NCBI GenBank assembly: GCA_965202665.1 | Contig: OZ241841.1 | Location: 2,304,001 to 2,368,000 of the forward strand | Length of the DNA: 64,000 nt | From: Candidatus Spongiisociaceae bacterium | Lineage (GTDB): Bacteria; Actinomycetota; Acidimicrobiia; Spongiisociales; Spongiisociaceae | Direction: 5' to 3' | The notes under the pieces: model-generated | What the model was told of the DNA's origin: nothing | The model's input: only the letters and a program-made list of their open reading frames with translations | Database searches by the model: none | In this document: positions 12,524 to 22,117 of the stretch, in pieces | Layout of the letters: every line of letters begins with the position of its first letter | Position numbering within the stretch: position 1 is the first letter of the stretch | Position numbers and translations under genes: made by a program

Positions 12524-12828
12524 TCCGGCTTTAGACGAACAGTTCACTTTGGAAAGCGTCAGCGGCGCGAAACCCCATCTGACCAGGCGATTTGATAACT
12601 TGCAAAACTTACAGTAAATTTAGTAAATCATGTGCATTTGAGTCAGAGGTGAAATGGTTGACGCCCAATGTGCTAGCCGCCCCCTGGTGGAAGGTGCTAT
12701 ATCCAGCTTTAGGCGAGGGGTTCGCTTTGGAAGCGTCAGCGACACGAAAACCCTCTTTGACCAGGCGATTTGACAACTTGCTAAACTTACAGTAAATTTA
12801 GTAAATAATGTTACATTTGAGTCAGAGG
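12466..12828 (+). repeat. Degenerate tandem direct repeat, 179-bp period (2 copies)
   Basis: 12466-12649 matches 12645-12828; AGAGG at all three junction points. Confidence 0.9.
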
Positions 12829-13815
12829 CCGTTGACCGGTTCCAAAGCCGATGGAAGGCTGTTCGTTGGCCGAGACGCTGAACTCCGTCGCCTGGAACGA
12901 GCCGCCCAACTGGACTTCAACGTGTTGGCCTTGGGCGAACGCGGCATCGGGCTGACGTCTCTGATACGTCAGCATCAACGGCGAATGGAGGAAGCGGGCC
13001 GCCCTTGCTTCTACCTGAGCGGTACCAAGATAAAAAGTTCCGAGCAGGTGTTTGAGGCGATACAGACACGCGGCATGGGCCGTGTCGATCCTTTTTCTCC
13101 GATGCGGAGAGTGTTGGGTTTTACCCAACCGGATTCCCCATTCCATGAACTGATTCAGAAGATTAACCGGGAAGCGGACAATGTGCCCTTGGTGTTTCTG
13201 GATGACATGCATGACCCAAAGTTGACGCACCAGATGTTCGGGCGTTACCGGGATGAAATATGGGGGTTGTCCTGTCGCTGGGTGGTGTGCGGTCTCACTC
13301 GTCATCGCTCCGAATATTTGACCTCGCCTGCCGATGCTTTTTTTGAGACGGAGATCGCCATCGGAACTATGGATGATTCCGTTGCGGGCGACCTGTTGGA
13401 GGCGCGGTTGGCGACGGCCAGAGGCGAGGATGCCCGGTCGGTGGAACTGATCCGCTCCAATTACGAACAAATCATCAGAGAGGGCGGAGGCAATCCCCGG
13501 CAGATTTTGGCTTCGGCGCGAGACACACTCCTCCGCGATGTTGATGAAAGTGCCAGTTTGGAGCGTCTCCGACAGGAGGCGGCGAAGTTGGGCGAAGCAG
13601 AAGGCCGCGTTTGGCAATATCTACTAACTCACGGCCCGGCCAGTGCCTCCGACGAGGAACTTCTGGAAAACTACGGGATAACCCGCGCCCGCGCCGCCCA
13701 AGTACTCGGACGTCTCGAAGAAGCCGGATTGGTAGTGGTTCATTACGAGAAGCAAGGAGTGGGCCGCCCTCGCAAGTTCTACCGGGCGGGTATCCCTCAC
13801 CAGGAGGTCGCATGA
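12808..13815 (+). CDS. P-loop ATPase-like protein (degenerate Walker A) with C-terminal winged HTH
   Basis: FVGRDAEL, GERGIGLTS (no Lys), LVFLDD, GGNPR; C-terminal ITRARAAQVLGRLEEAGLV...GRPRKFY. Confidence 0.75.
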   Translation: MLHLSQRPLTGSKADGRLFVGRDAELRRLERAAQLDFNVLALGERGIGLTSLIRQHQRRMEEAGRPCFYLSGTKIKSSEQVFEAIQTRGMGRVDPFSPMRRVLGFTQPDSPFHELIQKINREADNVPLVFLDDMHDPKLTHQMFGRYRDEIWGLSCRWVVCGLTRHRSEYLTSPADAFFETEIAIGTMDDSVAGDLLEARLATARGEDARSVELIRSNYEQIIREGGGNPRQILASARDTLLRDVDESASLERLRQEAAKLGEAEGRVWQYLLTHGPASASDEELLENYGITRARAAQVLGRLEEAGLVVVHYEKQGVGRPRKFYRAGIPHQEVA

Positions 13816-14864
13816 GTCTAGAATTGTTGCGACGGCTTCAAGAAGAGCGCGCTTTTGACTCTTCCCCGCTTCGTCATGATTTGGGTGTATATCATGTTCC
13901 CTTCAGCGAGCTGGGTTCAATCAGGCCGCTGGAGCAGACACTGTATGATGCGGCGAAACGGGCGGAACGCCTGATGGTTATCGGTTGCTCTGGTTCGGGT
14001 AAGTCGAGCCTCATTGAGCACACGCTGGGACCGCTCGCCCAAGGGGTGGCTCCCATCCATATTCCTGTTTTTGCGGAGTCGGCTAATATTGTTACCAATG
14101 TGCAAGCAGTGGCTGGGATGATAATCCAGCAACTAGTGCAACATGCAGGGATGTCCGAAGCCGAACGTAAGCACGCTCTGCAGTGGGCATCCTCACAACG
14201 CCCCTTAGATTATAGGGCTAGTATAACTAGTTTTAAGGCAGATGCTTCTTGGACGGGTGCAGGGTTGGGAGCTGAAATCAAAAGGCAGGCTCCTAGCAAC
14301 ATGACTCTGCCCAACACTGCTTCGGGCACATTAGAAATAGTTGATCATTTGCTAAATGCAATAAAGGAAGATAAGTTGATGCCGGTGCTGGTGTTTGATG
14401 ATACTGACAGATGGTTTCGCGAAATAGAATCTGAAAATACCGAATATTATGATATAGCGATCAGATTTTTTGGTTCGGTCCTCACAGAGATACGTCAACT
14501 TAGCACAGGACTTGTTTTGGCCGTTCATCCCCGCTACCTAGAGAACGAACAACTCAACGATCACATAGGCAACACTATAGAGAGCCCGATTGATATTCCT
14601 TTGTTAACTTCCGTTAGCGCATTAGGTAAAGTGCTTTATTCGCGCGTCGTGAAACACTCCTCTCCTACCGGTACTGATAATGTGCCGTCACTAGACGAAG
14701 TTCTGTCGCCGGAGGCACTGGATAGGCTGTACGATCTGTACCAGTGCTATTTTTCCGGATCATTAAGGGAAGCAATTCGCAAAGTTCACATAGCCTTAAC
14801 CGATGCCTGCAATGGTGGATTTGAGGTTATCACGCCGGAGCTGATTACTCAGGCCGTTTGGTAA
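13812..14864 (+). CDS. P-loop NTPase of unknown function
   Basis: ATGA overlap with upstream gene after GGAGG; GCSGSGKSS Walker A, VLVFDDTD Walker B; AT-rich. Confidence 0.75.
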   Translation: MSLELLRRLQEERAFDSSPLRHDLGVYHVPFSELGSIRPLEQTLYDAAKRAERLMVIGCSGSGKSSLIEHTLGPLAQGVAPIHIPVFAESANIVTNVQAVAGMIIQQLVQHAGMSEAERKHALQWASSQRPLDYRASITSFKADASWTGAGLGAEIKRQAPSNMTLPNTASGTLEIVDHLLNAIKEDKLMPVLVFDDTDRWFREIESENTEYYDIAIRFFGSVLTEIRQLSTGLVLAVHPRYLENEQLNDHIGNTIESPIDIPLLTSVSALGKVLYSRVVKHSSPTGTDNVPSLDEVLSPEALDRLYDLYQCYFSGSLREAIRKVHIALTDACNGGFEVITPELITQAVW

Positions 14865-14877
14865 CCCGGGGCGGGAC

Positions 14878-15891
14878 TTAGATGGGTAAGGGGGTTTGGG
14901 TGGGGGATGCGGGGGCGGGGGGTGGGGAGGGTTGGGGGGTTTTGCGGGGGCGGGGGCCGAAGTGTTTTCTTATTATGCCGTTTACCATTATTCCCAGCCG
15001 TTTGCCGGCGGGGCGGGGGGCGTAGGCACCTTTGCGGTAGAAGCGGTGATAGCGGTGCAACAGGTCCGGGTATTTCTCGCCCACCCACTCGTAATAGTGT
15101 TGCTTCAGCGGACCCCGCAGGTGCAGGTAGGAACCGGTGATGAAGCGGGCCCCCGCCTCCGCCGCCCCGGCCACCACCTCCTCGATCTGTTCCGGCCGGT
15201 CGGACAGGCCGGGCAGGATGGGCATCATCAACACCCCGGACGGCACCCCCGCTTCGTTTAGGCGGGCCACCGCGTCCAGCCGTTTGCGGGGATGGGCGGT
15301 GCCCGGTTCGGAAGCGGCCCACACCTCCCGGTCCAGTGTGGGAACGGACAGGTTGATGGTCACTTCGGTGCGGGAAGCCGCCTCCCGCAACAAATCCAAA
15401 TCCCGCAACACCAGGGGCGATTTGGTGAGAACGGAAAACGGGTTGCCCCGCTCCGTCAACGTTTCCACGATCCGCCGGGTCAGTTTGTATTTGCCCTCGG
15501 CCGGCTGATAAGGGTCGGTGTTGGTGCCCATCGCAATCGGATGCCCCGGCCAGCGGCGGGGTTCGGTTTCCCGCCGGATCAGCTCCGGCGCGTTGATTTT
15601 CACCACGATCCGGCTGTCAAAGTCTTTGCCTATGCCCATCCCCAAAAAGTCGTGGGTGGGACGGGCGAAGCAGTAGGTGCAGGCGTGGCTGCACCCCCGG
15701 TAGGCGTTGATGGTGTATCCGAAAGGAAACATGCCGTTGTCGGGAACCCGGTTGATCAGGGTTTTGGCCTCCACATGCAGAAATTCCAGACCCCGGTAGG
15801 CGCCCCGCCCGATGTGACGCTCCACCGCCTGCTCAAACAAAGCGGGCGGGTCTTCCCTCCGGTCGGCGATGGGCCAACGAATTTCGCTCAT
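14878..15891 (-). CDS. Rv2578c/SplB-like radical SAM DNA-repair protein
   Basis: YRGCSHACTYCFAR CX3CX2C; GTNTDPYQPAE; start MSEIRWP. Confidence 0.9.
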   Translation of the reverse strand: MSEIRWPIADRREDPPALFEQAVERHIGRGAYRGLEFLHVEAKTLINRVPDNGMFPFGYTINAYRGCSHACTYCFARPTHDFLGMGIGKDFDSRIVVKINAPELIRRETEPRRWPGHPIAMGTNTDPYQPAEGKYKLTRRIVETLTERGNPFSVLTKSPLVLRDLDLLREAASRTEVTINLSVPTLDREVWAASEPGTAHPRKRLDAVARLNEAGVPSGVLMMPILPGLSDRPEQIEEVVAGAAEAGARFITGSYLHLRGPLKQHYYEWVGEKYPDLLHRYHRFYRKGAYAPRPAGKRLGIMVNGIIRKHFGPRPRKTPQPSPPPAPASPTQTPLPI

Positions 15892-15897
15892 TCCCCC

Positions 15898-15926
15898 ATA
15901 ATACCGAACATATGTTCGGGTGTCAA
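15898..15926 (-). promoter_or_regulatory. Sigma70-type promoter with LexA SOS box in the spacer
   Basis: Minus strand TTGACA-17 nt-TATTAT; spacer contains palindrome CCGAACATATGTTCGG (15904-15919), matching actinobacterial CGAAC-N4-GTTCG. Confidence 0.88.
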
Positions 15927-16004
15927 ACAAGAATCAGGGGATGCCTCCGCCTTCCAAAGGGTAGGGTTGTCCCGACACCGAAGGTAGAAACCCGGAGGAA
16001 GGCA

Positions 16005-16754
16005 ATGGAGGGGTTGGACGGACAAACGGTGATAGTAACGGGGGCCGCCCGCGGCATCGGGGCGGCCATCGCCGAATATCTGGCCGGGCGCCGGGCGACG
16101 GTGATCGGCTGGGACAAAGAAGCGGTCGAAGACGCAACCCCGGCTCCCGGGCGGCCGGCGATGCGGCGGGTCGACATCAGGGACGGGGAGGCGGCGGAGG
16201 CCGCGGTTGACAGGATCGGCAACGACTACGGGGGGCTGTACGGCCTGGTCAACAACGCGGCGGTGTCGCTGGGGCAGCCCCTGCAGCAAACGTCCGCCGA
16301 AGTGTGGGAGGAAACCTTGGAGGTGAACCTGACCGGGGGTTTCCGGCTGATGCGCGCCGCCGCCCGGGTGATGATCGCCGGAGGCGGAGGGGGGCGGATA
16401 GTGAACATCGCCTCGGTTAATTCCTTCGCCGCCCAAGCCGGCGCCGCCTCCTATGTGGCCTCCAAAGGAGGGGTGGCCGCCCTGACCAGGGCCGCCGCTG
16501 TCGACCTGGCCCGCTACGGCATTTTGGTGAACGCGGTCGCCCCCGGCCCTATCGCCACCGAAGCCTACCGGGCGGTGTACGACGAACCGGCGGCCGACGC
16601 CGCCATTTGCCGCAACGTCCCCCTCGGACGCCCCGGACAACCGGAGGAAGTGGCGGCGGCGGTCGCCTTTCTGCTGTCGCCGGCCGCCTCCTACATCACC
16701 GGCTCCACCATCTCGGTCGACGGCGGTTTTCTGGCTTACGCCAGAGTGGACTGA
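16005..16754 (+). CDS. Short-chain dehydrogenase/reductase
   Basis: TGAARGIG, NNAA, YVASK motifs; GGAGG RBS. Confidence 0.92.
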   Translation: MEGLDGQTVIVTGAARGIGAAIAEYLAGRRATVIGWDKEAVEDATPAPGRPAMRRVDIRDGEAAEAAVDRIGNDYGGLYGLVNNAAVSLGQPLQQTSAEVWEETLEVNLTGGFRLMRAAARVMIAGGGGGRIVNIASVNSFAAQAGAASYVASKGGVAALTRAAAVDLARYGILVNAVAPGPIATEAYRAVYDEPAADAAICRNVPLGRPGQPEEVAAAVAFLLSPAASYITGSTISVDGGFLAYARVD

Positions 16755-16845
16755 CCCGCCGCTCCCCGCTCCCGCCGCAACAGGCCCCGCTATTCTTAAG
16801 GGCGACATCTGGATACCATCCGGGAAAAATCCGGGGAGGAACGGC

Positions 16846-17595
16846 ATGCGGCTAGCGGAGGATCTGTTTCTGGTGGGGGGCGGTTCGTTCAACGGGTTCG
16901 GGCTTTCCACCGCCGCCGACAGCCACGTTTACGCCTTCGTCTCCGGCGATGAAATTCTGCTGGTGGACTGCGGCATGGACCACCAGGGGGGTTTGGACGC
17001 CATTTGGCGGAACCTGCGGGCGGACGGGTTGCGCCCGCAAAACATCACCCACATTGCGCTCACCCACTACCACGTAGACCACTGCGGGGGACTGCTGTCG
17101 CTGCTGGAGCGGGTGGAGGCCCGCGTAATAGCCGGGGCGGAGACGCTGGCCGCATTAGCTACTGGGGACGTCCACGCCACCGGATTCGCCCTCGCCCAAG
17201 CGGGCGGCCTTTACCCGGAGGACTATCGCCTGCGGCCGGTTCCGGGCTTGGACGCCGCGCCCGGATACGGAAACTTCCGGGTGGGCGACGCCGTCGTGGA
17301 GGCGGTTGCCGCGCCCGGCCACTGCGCCGGCCACGCCGTGTTCGCTGTGCGCGGCGCGGCCGGAAACTACCTTTTCACCGGCGACTGCGTTTTCCACGGC
17401 GGGCGGATCGCCTTGCTCAACACCCCGGACTGCTCGTTGGACGAATACCGTTCCACGATTGCCGCCCTGGCCGAACGGCCGGTGGACGCCCTGTTGCCCG
17501 GGCACGGGGCGCTGGCGATGAGCGGAGGGGCCGAACACATCCAAGCGGCGGCGCAGGCCTTTGAGTCCCTGATCCTGCCGGAAAGCATAACGTAG
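16846..17595 (+). CDS. Metallo-beta-lactamase-fold hydrolase
   Basis: THYHVDHCGG, PGHCAGH, FTGD, PGHG. Confidence 0.9.
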   Translation: MRLAEDLFLVGGGSFNGFGLSTAADSHVYAFVSGDEILLVDCGMDHQGGLDAIWRNLRADGLRPQNITHIALTHYHVDHCGGLLSLLERVEARVIAGAETLAALATGDVHATGFALAQAGGLYPEDYRLRPVPGLDAAPGYGNFRVGDAVVEAVAAPGHCAGHAVFAVRGAAGNYLFTGDCVFHGGRIALLNTPDCSLDEYRSTIAALAERPVDALLPGHGALAMSGGAEHIQAAAQAFESLILPESIT

Positions 17596-17759
17596 CCGCC
17601 CCGGCGCCCAAAGCATCCAACCGCCCGGGGCGCCCATCGCGGGATTTTTCCGCATTGCGCCCCCCGGTCGCACAGCGGCGGGGTAGGCTGACCCCAAGGC
17701 CGTCGCAGACGCGAAGCCGGCGGCGGCTTGTTCACATGTCGATGAGAGGAGATTTGACG

Positions 17760-19022
17760 ATGAACAGGTTGAAAAAATGGAGCGCCGTTTTGGCGGCGCT
17801 GGCCTTGGCGGCGGCCGCCTGCGGCAGCGACGGTTTTGAGGGGCAGGAGATCGTGGTCAGCTACATGCAGTCGGGCACCTACGACAACGCGGCCCGCGAT
17901 CTGGTGGATTCCTTCCAGGAGGAGACCGGGGCCACCGTTGAGGTGGTGGCGCAGCCCTTCGAGGTGCTGACCCAGACCTATGTGACCGACCTTGCCACCG
18001 GCACCGGCCAGTTCGACCTGATTTCCTCCACCTCCTGGATCGCCGATCAGTTCCCGCAGTTGCGCTCCCTGGGGGACTTGTACAACGAAGAGGACTTCCC
18101 CGGCTTCATCCCCGAGTTGCTGCAACCGGGCCGGGCGGCCTACAACGGGAGCGACATCGTGGGCATCCCTTACGCGGTGGACGCCTACGGGCTGTTCTAC
18201 CGCACCGATATTTTCCAAGAGGCGGGCGTCAGCGCCGACTGGTCCAACTGGGAGGAGTTCTTCGCCGCTTTGGACGCCTTGCAACCTTCCCTGCCGGAGG
18301 GGATGAGCCCCTTCGTGTTCTCCTACGGGGCGGTGGAGCAGACCCCGGCCATCTGGCTGGCCGCCTACGACAGTTGGATGGTGGACTCCGCCGGCCGCTA
18401 CGGGGTGGACCGGGAACCGGCCATCCGCGCTTTGGACATCCTGGCGCGCACCTTGGACTACGCCCCGGAGGGGGCGGTGGCTTTGAGCATCGACGAAGCC
18501 AACGCGGTGTTCAACTCGGGCGGCGCGGCCGTGCTGATCTGCTGGCCCAGCTTCAACCGGGCGGCAGCCAACGAGTCGCTCCCCGGCCAATGGGCCCTCG
18601 GTTCCCTGCCCGGCCCGGGCCGTCCGTGGCTGAGCCTGTGGAACGCCTCCATCGCCTCCACCTCCGACAACCCGGAGTTGGTGTATGAATGGATCAAGTC
18701 GTACATAAACCCGGCGAATTCCACCGCCAACATGGCCGAGTACGGGATCGGTTCGCCCTTCGGCAGCACCTATTCCGACCCGGAGTTGCTGGCGGCCAAC
18801 GCCCACGACTATCCGACGCAGGCCGCCAACTTGGCGCAGGCCATCAACGTCCCATGGACTTTCCCCGCCTTCGAGGTGGCTTTCCGGGCGGTGGGGGAGA
18901 TGCTTACCGGCTCTCTCACCTCCGGGCAGGTGGTGGACGCTTGGCACGAAGGCTGGGGCCCCCTGGATCCCCCGGCCGCCGCCGTGGACGAGGCGGCCGC
19001 CTTGGGCATGCAGCAAACCTGA
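17760..19022 (+). CDS. Sugar ABC transporter substrate-binding lipoprotein
   Basis: Lipobox AAAC; GIPY...LFYRTDIF motif; GAGGAG RBS. Confidence 0.88.
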   Translation: MNRLKKWSAVLAALALAAAACGSDGFEGQEIVVSYMQSGTYDNAARDLVDSFQEETGATVEVVAQPFEVLTQTYVTDLATGTGQFDLISSTSWIADQFPQLRSLGDLYNEEDFPGFIPELLQPGRAAYNGSDIVGIPYAVDAYGLFYRTDIFQEAGVSADWSNWEEFFAALDALQPSLPEGMSPFVFSYGAVEQTPAIWLAAYDSWMVDSAGRYGVDREPAIRALDILARTLDYAPEGAVALSIDEANAVFNSGGAAVLICWPSFNRAAANESLPGQWALGSLPGPGRPWLSLWNASIASTSDNPELVYEWIKSYINPANSTANMAEYGIGSPFGSTYSDPELLAANAHDYPTQAANLAQAINVPWTFPAFEVAFRAVGEMLTGSLTSGQVVDAWHEGWGPLDPPAAAVDEAAALGMQQT

Positions 19023-19071
19023 CCGGCCCCGCCCCCGGGTTGGAGTCGGCTGACCGGAGCCGGTGGCCGCA

Positions 19072-19998
19072 ATGACGACGAAGACGGCTCCCGGGAGATT
19101 CAAACTTCCGGGGCCGTCCCGTCTGTCCGCCCGCCGCCAACCGCAGACCGGGCTGTGGCTGTTCCTGGCCCCGGTCATCGCGATAGTGGCCGCCCAGCTG
19201 GCCCTGCTGGTGTGGACGGCCCTTTTGGCCGGCCAGGATTGGGTGCTCACCCAAAGCCAGCAGTCCGAAGGCTGGACGGGGGCGGACAATTTCCGGGCCG
19301 TGCTGTCCGACCCCATTTTTTGGAGGTCGGTGCGCAACACGGTCATCATCACCGGGGCGTCGGTGCCCGCGCAGCTGATCATCGGCGTGGGCCTGGCCTA
19401 CGCCACTTTGGAGGTGGCCGCTTCCCGCTGGCTCCGCACCGCTTTGCTGGCCCCGATGGTGATCGCGCCGGTGGCGGTGGGGATCGTGTGGCGGCTGATG
19501 CTGAACGTGCAGGCCGGGCCGATAAACAATTTCCTGCTGGAACCGCTGGGCGTCCAAGGCCCGGTTTGGCTGGGCGACCCCGGCTGGGCCCTGGTTTCGG
19601 TGATCGCGGTGGAAATATGGGAGTGGACGCCGTTTGTAATGTTGCTGACCGCGGCCGGTTTGACCGGCATCCCGGACGACATTCGGGAAGCGGCCAAAGT
19701 GGACGGGGCGGGCCCTTGGCAACGGGTGCGGCGGGTGGAGTTCCCCATCATGAAATCGGTGTTTCTGCTCATCGTGCTGTTCCGCACCTTGGAGTCCCTG
19801 ATCAGCCTGGACGTGATCATTTCCCTGACCAGGGGCGGTCCCGGCTGGGCCACGTTCACCCTGCCCTATTACATCTATTCCCTGGGCCTCCGCAACTTTG
19901 ACCTGGGGAGGGCCTCCGCCGCTTCCCTGCTGTTCATGCTGGCGGCGGCGGCGGTGTCGGCGGCCATGGTGCGGGCGCAGACCAAGGCCCGGCTGTGA
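19072..19998 (+). CDS. Carbohydrate ABC transporter permease
   Basis: EAAKVDGA loop, multiple TM helices. Confidence 0.9.
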   Translation: MTTKTAPGRFKLPGPSRLSARRQPQTGLWLFLAPVIAIVAAQLALLVWTALLAGQDWVLTQSQQSEGWTGADNFRAVLSDPIFWRSVRNTVIITGASVPAQLIIGVGLAYATLEVAASRWLRTALLAPMVIAPVAVGIVWRLMLNVQAGPINNFLLEPLGVQGPVWLGDPGWALVSVIAVEIWEWTPFVMLLTAAGLTGIPDDIREAAKVDGAGPWQRVRRVEFPIMKSVFLLIVLFRTLESLISLDVIISLTRGGPGWATFTLPYYIYSLGLRNFDLGRASAASLLFMLAAAAVSAAMVRAQTKARL

Positions 19999-20852
19999 CC
20001 GCCCGCCCGGAGACCCCGCTCCGCCGCCCGATGCGCACCCGGTGGATACGCTGGACGATCATCGCCGCCGGCCTGGCCTGGGCCCTGGCCCCCCTCTTGT
20101 TCCTGCTGCTGACCAGCCTGAAACCGGCCAACGCCTTCCTGGAAATCCCGCCGCGGCTGTTGCCCAGCTCGGTGACTTTGGACAATTTCCGCACCGCCTT
20201 CAACGACTTCGACGCGTGGCGGGTGGCCGTCAACAGCCTGACGGTGACCACCGCGGTGATCGGGCTGTCCCTGTTGTTCGGCATTCCCGGCGGGTACGCC
20301 TTGCACCGCCTGTCCATTTCCCCGCGGGTGGTTATTTTCTTCGTGGGGGTTTTGCTGTTCGTCCGCTTCTACCCGCGCATCGCCACCATCGTCCCCTGGT
20401 TTTTGGCCATGCGGGAGTTGGACCTGCTGGACACCCGCCTGGCCGTCATTCTCGGGCATCTGGGTTTGACTTTGCCTTTGGCCACCTGGCTCATGCACAC
20501 CACCTTCCGGCAGGTGCCGCCCGACTTCGACGAGGCGGCCATCGTGGACGGGGCGGGCCTTTGGCAACGGCTGGTCCGGGTGCAGATCCCGCTGGCCGCC
20601 CCCGGTATCGCCGCCGCGGCCATCCTCAGCGCCTTCCTGTCCTGGAACGAGTTTCTGGTGGCGGCCAGCACCACCCGGGAGGGGGCGAAGGTGCTGTCGG
20701 TGACGGTGGCCGCTTTCATAACCGACAAAGGGGTGCTCTGGGGGCCGATGGCGGCCATCGCCGCCCTGATAATCATCCCGCCCCTGGTGTTCGCGTTGTT
20801 CGCCCAGCGGAATCTGATACGGGGCCTGACCGGGGGCGGGGTGAAAGGATGA
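19995..20852 (+). CDS. Carbohydrate ABC transporter permease
   Basis: EAAIVDGA loop, SWNEF, GLTGGGVKG end. Confidence 0.9.
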   Translation: MTARPETPLRRPMRTRWIRWTIIAAGLAWALAPLLFLLLTSLKPANAFLEIPPRLLPSSVTLDNFRTAFNDFDAWRVAVNSLTVTTAVIGLSLLFGIPGGYALHRLSISPRVVIFFVGVLLFVRFYPRIATIVPWFLAMRELDLLDTRLAVILGHLGLTLPLATWLMHTTFRQVPPDFDEAAIVDGAGLWQRLVRVQIPLAAPGIAAAAILSAFLSWNEFLVAASTTREGAKVLSVTVAAFITDKGVLWGPMAAIAALIIIPPLVFALFAQRNLIRGLTGGGVKG

Positions 20853-22096
20853 CCGCCCCTCTCTTCCGGGCCTTCTGCCGGGGATGTTCGGCTGAAATCC
20901 CCCCTTCGGAGCGCATCTGCCGGGAATGCGGGGCCACCCCCCGCTTTGAGTTCGCGGCGGACGCCCCGCTGGCGGCGGAAGGGGCCTTCGGCATGGACCG
21001 CTACCGCAATCTTTTGCCGTTGCCGCCCCCCGGCGAAGATCTGGTGGACCTCCCCGCCGGGGGCACCCCGTTGCTGTCGGTTCCGGGCAATACGTCCCCG
21101 GAACGGCTGTGGGTGAAAGATGAAACCCGCAACGGAACCGGTTCCCACAAAGACCGCCAGCTGGCCATCGCCCTGCGCCACGCCCACCGGGCGGGGGCGG
21201 CCGCTTCCCTGATCGTTTCGGCGGGGAGCACCGGCATCTCCCATTCCGCTTTGGCGGCCCGGTGCGGGATGCGGAGCATCGTGTTGATGAGCGGAACCCA
21301 GCCCCGCTACCGGCTGGTTCCGCTGCTGTTGCACGGCTCGGCGGTGGTGGCGGTCGACGAACAGATCGACCGCCTGCTGGAACGCGTCGAAGTTTTAGCC
21401 CAAAAACTGGGCCTCTACCACGCCAGCACCGCCGTCCCCCACAATTCCCATCAGGCGGAGGGGCCGAAAACCATCGCTTTTGAAATATACGAGCGCCTGG
21501 GCCGGGTTCCGGAGGCGGTGATCGCGGCGGTGGGCGGCGGCGGCACCCTGCGGGGAATGCACGACGGGTTCGCCGCGTTGCGGGAGCGGGGGTTGACGGA
21601 GCGAATCCCCCGCATGGTAGGGGTGGTGCCCCGGGAATGGAATTCGCTGGAGGTCGCCTTCCGCGAAGGGGCGGTCGAGCAACGGGACATTCCGTTCATC
21701 GACCGGGGCGGCCAACAGGGGGAGGCGGTGCTTTCCAAGTTGGCCCACGCCCGCCCCCCGGACGGAGCGGCCGCCTTGCAGGCGATAAGGGAGTCGGGGG
21801 GGACGGTGGTCAGCGTAACCGACGGGGAGGCGGTGCGGGGGGCCCGCTGGCTGGCTTCCCGCGCCGGGGTGATCGTGGAACCGGCCAGCGGCGCGGTGGC
21901 GGCCGCCCTGCCCCGCCTGCGGGAAGATTTCCCCGATCTGGGGGAGGCGGCGCTGCTCGCCTCCGGCTCCGGCTACCGGGAACTGCCGCTGCTGATGGAT
22001 CTGGTCCCGGAACCGGCCCCGCCCCTGGCCCCCTCCCAGTTGGAAAAAACCCTGGAAAACATCATTTCCGACCAACCCGAAAACCGGGAAAAATAA
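20849..22096 (+). CDS. Threonine synthase-like PLP enzyme (fold type II) with N-terminal Zn ribbon
   Basis: CRGC...CRECG; KDETRNGTGSHKDR; EGPKTIAFEI; VGGGG; ATGA overlap. Confidence 0.85.
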   Translation: MTAPLFRAFCRGCSAEIPPSERICRECGATPRFEFAADAPLAAEGAFGMDRYRNLLPLPPPGEDLVDLPAGGTPLLSVPGNTSPERLWVKDETRNGTGSHKDRQLAIALRHAHRAGAAASLIVSAGSTGISHSALAARCGMRSIVLMSGTQPRYRLVPLLLHGSAVVAVDEQIDRLLERVEVLAQKLGLYHASTAVPHNSHQAEGPKTIAFEIYERLGRVPEAVIAAVGGGGTLRGMHDGFAALRERGLTERIPRMVGVVPREWNSLEVAFREGAVEQRDIPFIDRGGQQGEAVLSKLAHARPPDGAAALQAIRESGGTVVSVTDGEAVRGARWLASRAGVIVEPASGAVAAALPRLREDFPDLGEAALLASGSGYRELPLLMDLVPEPAPPLAPSQLEKTLENIISDQPENREK

Positions 22097-22117
22097 AGCA
22101 AAGAAGGGAGAAAAACC

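Noticed and set aside
12592-12795. 67-aa ORF containing EVKWLTPNVLAAPWWKVL
   Set aside because: By-product of the 179-bp duplication, not an independent gene
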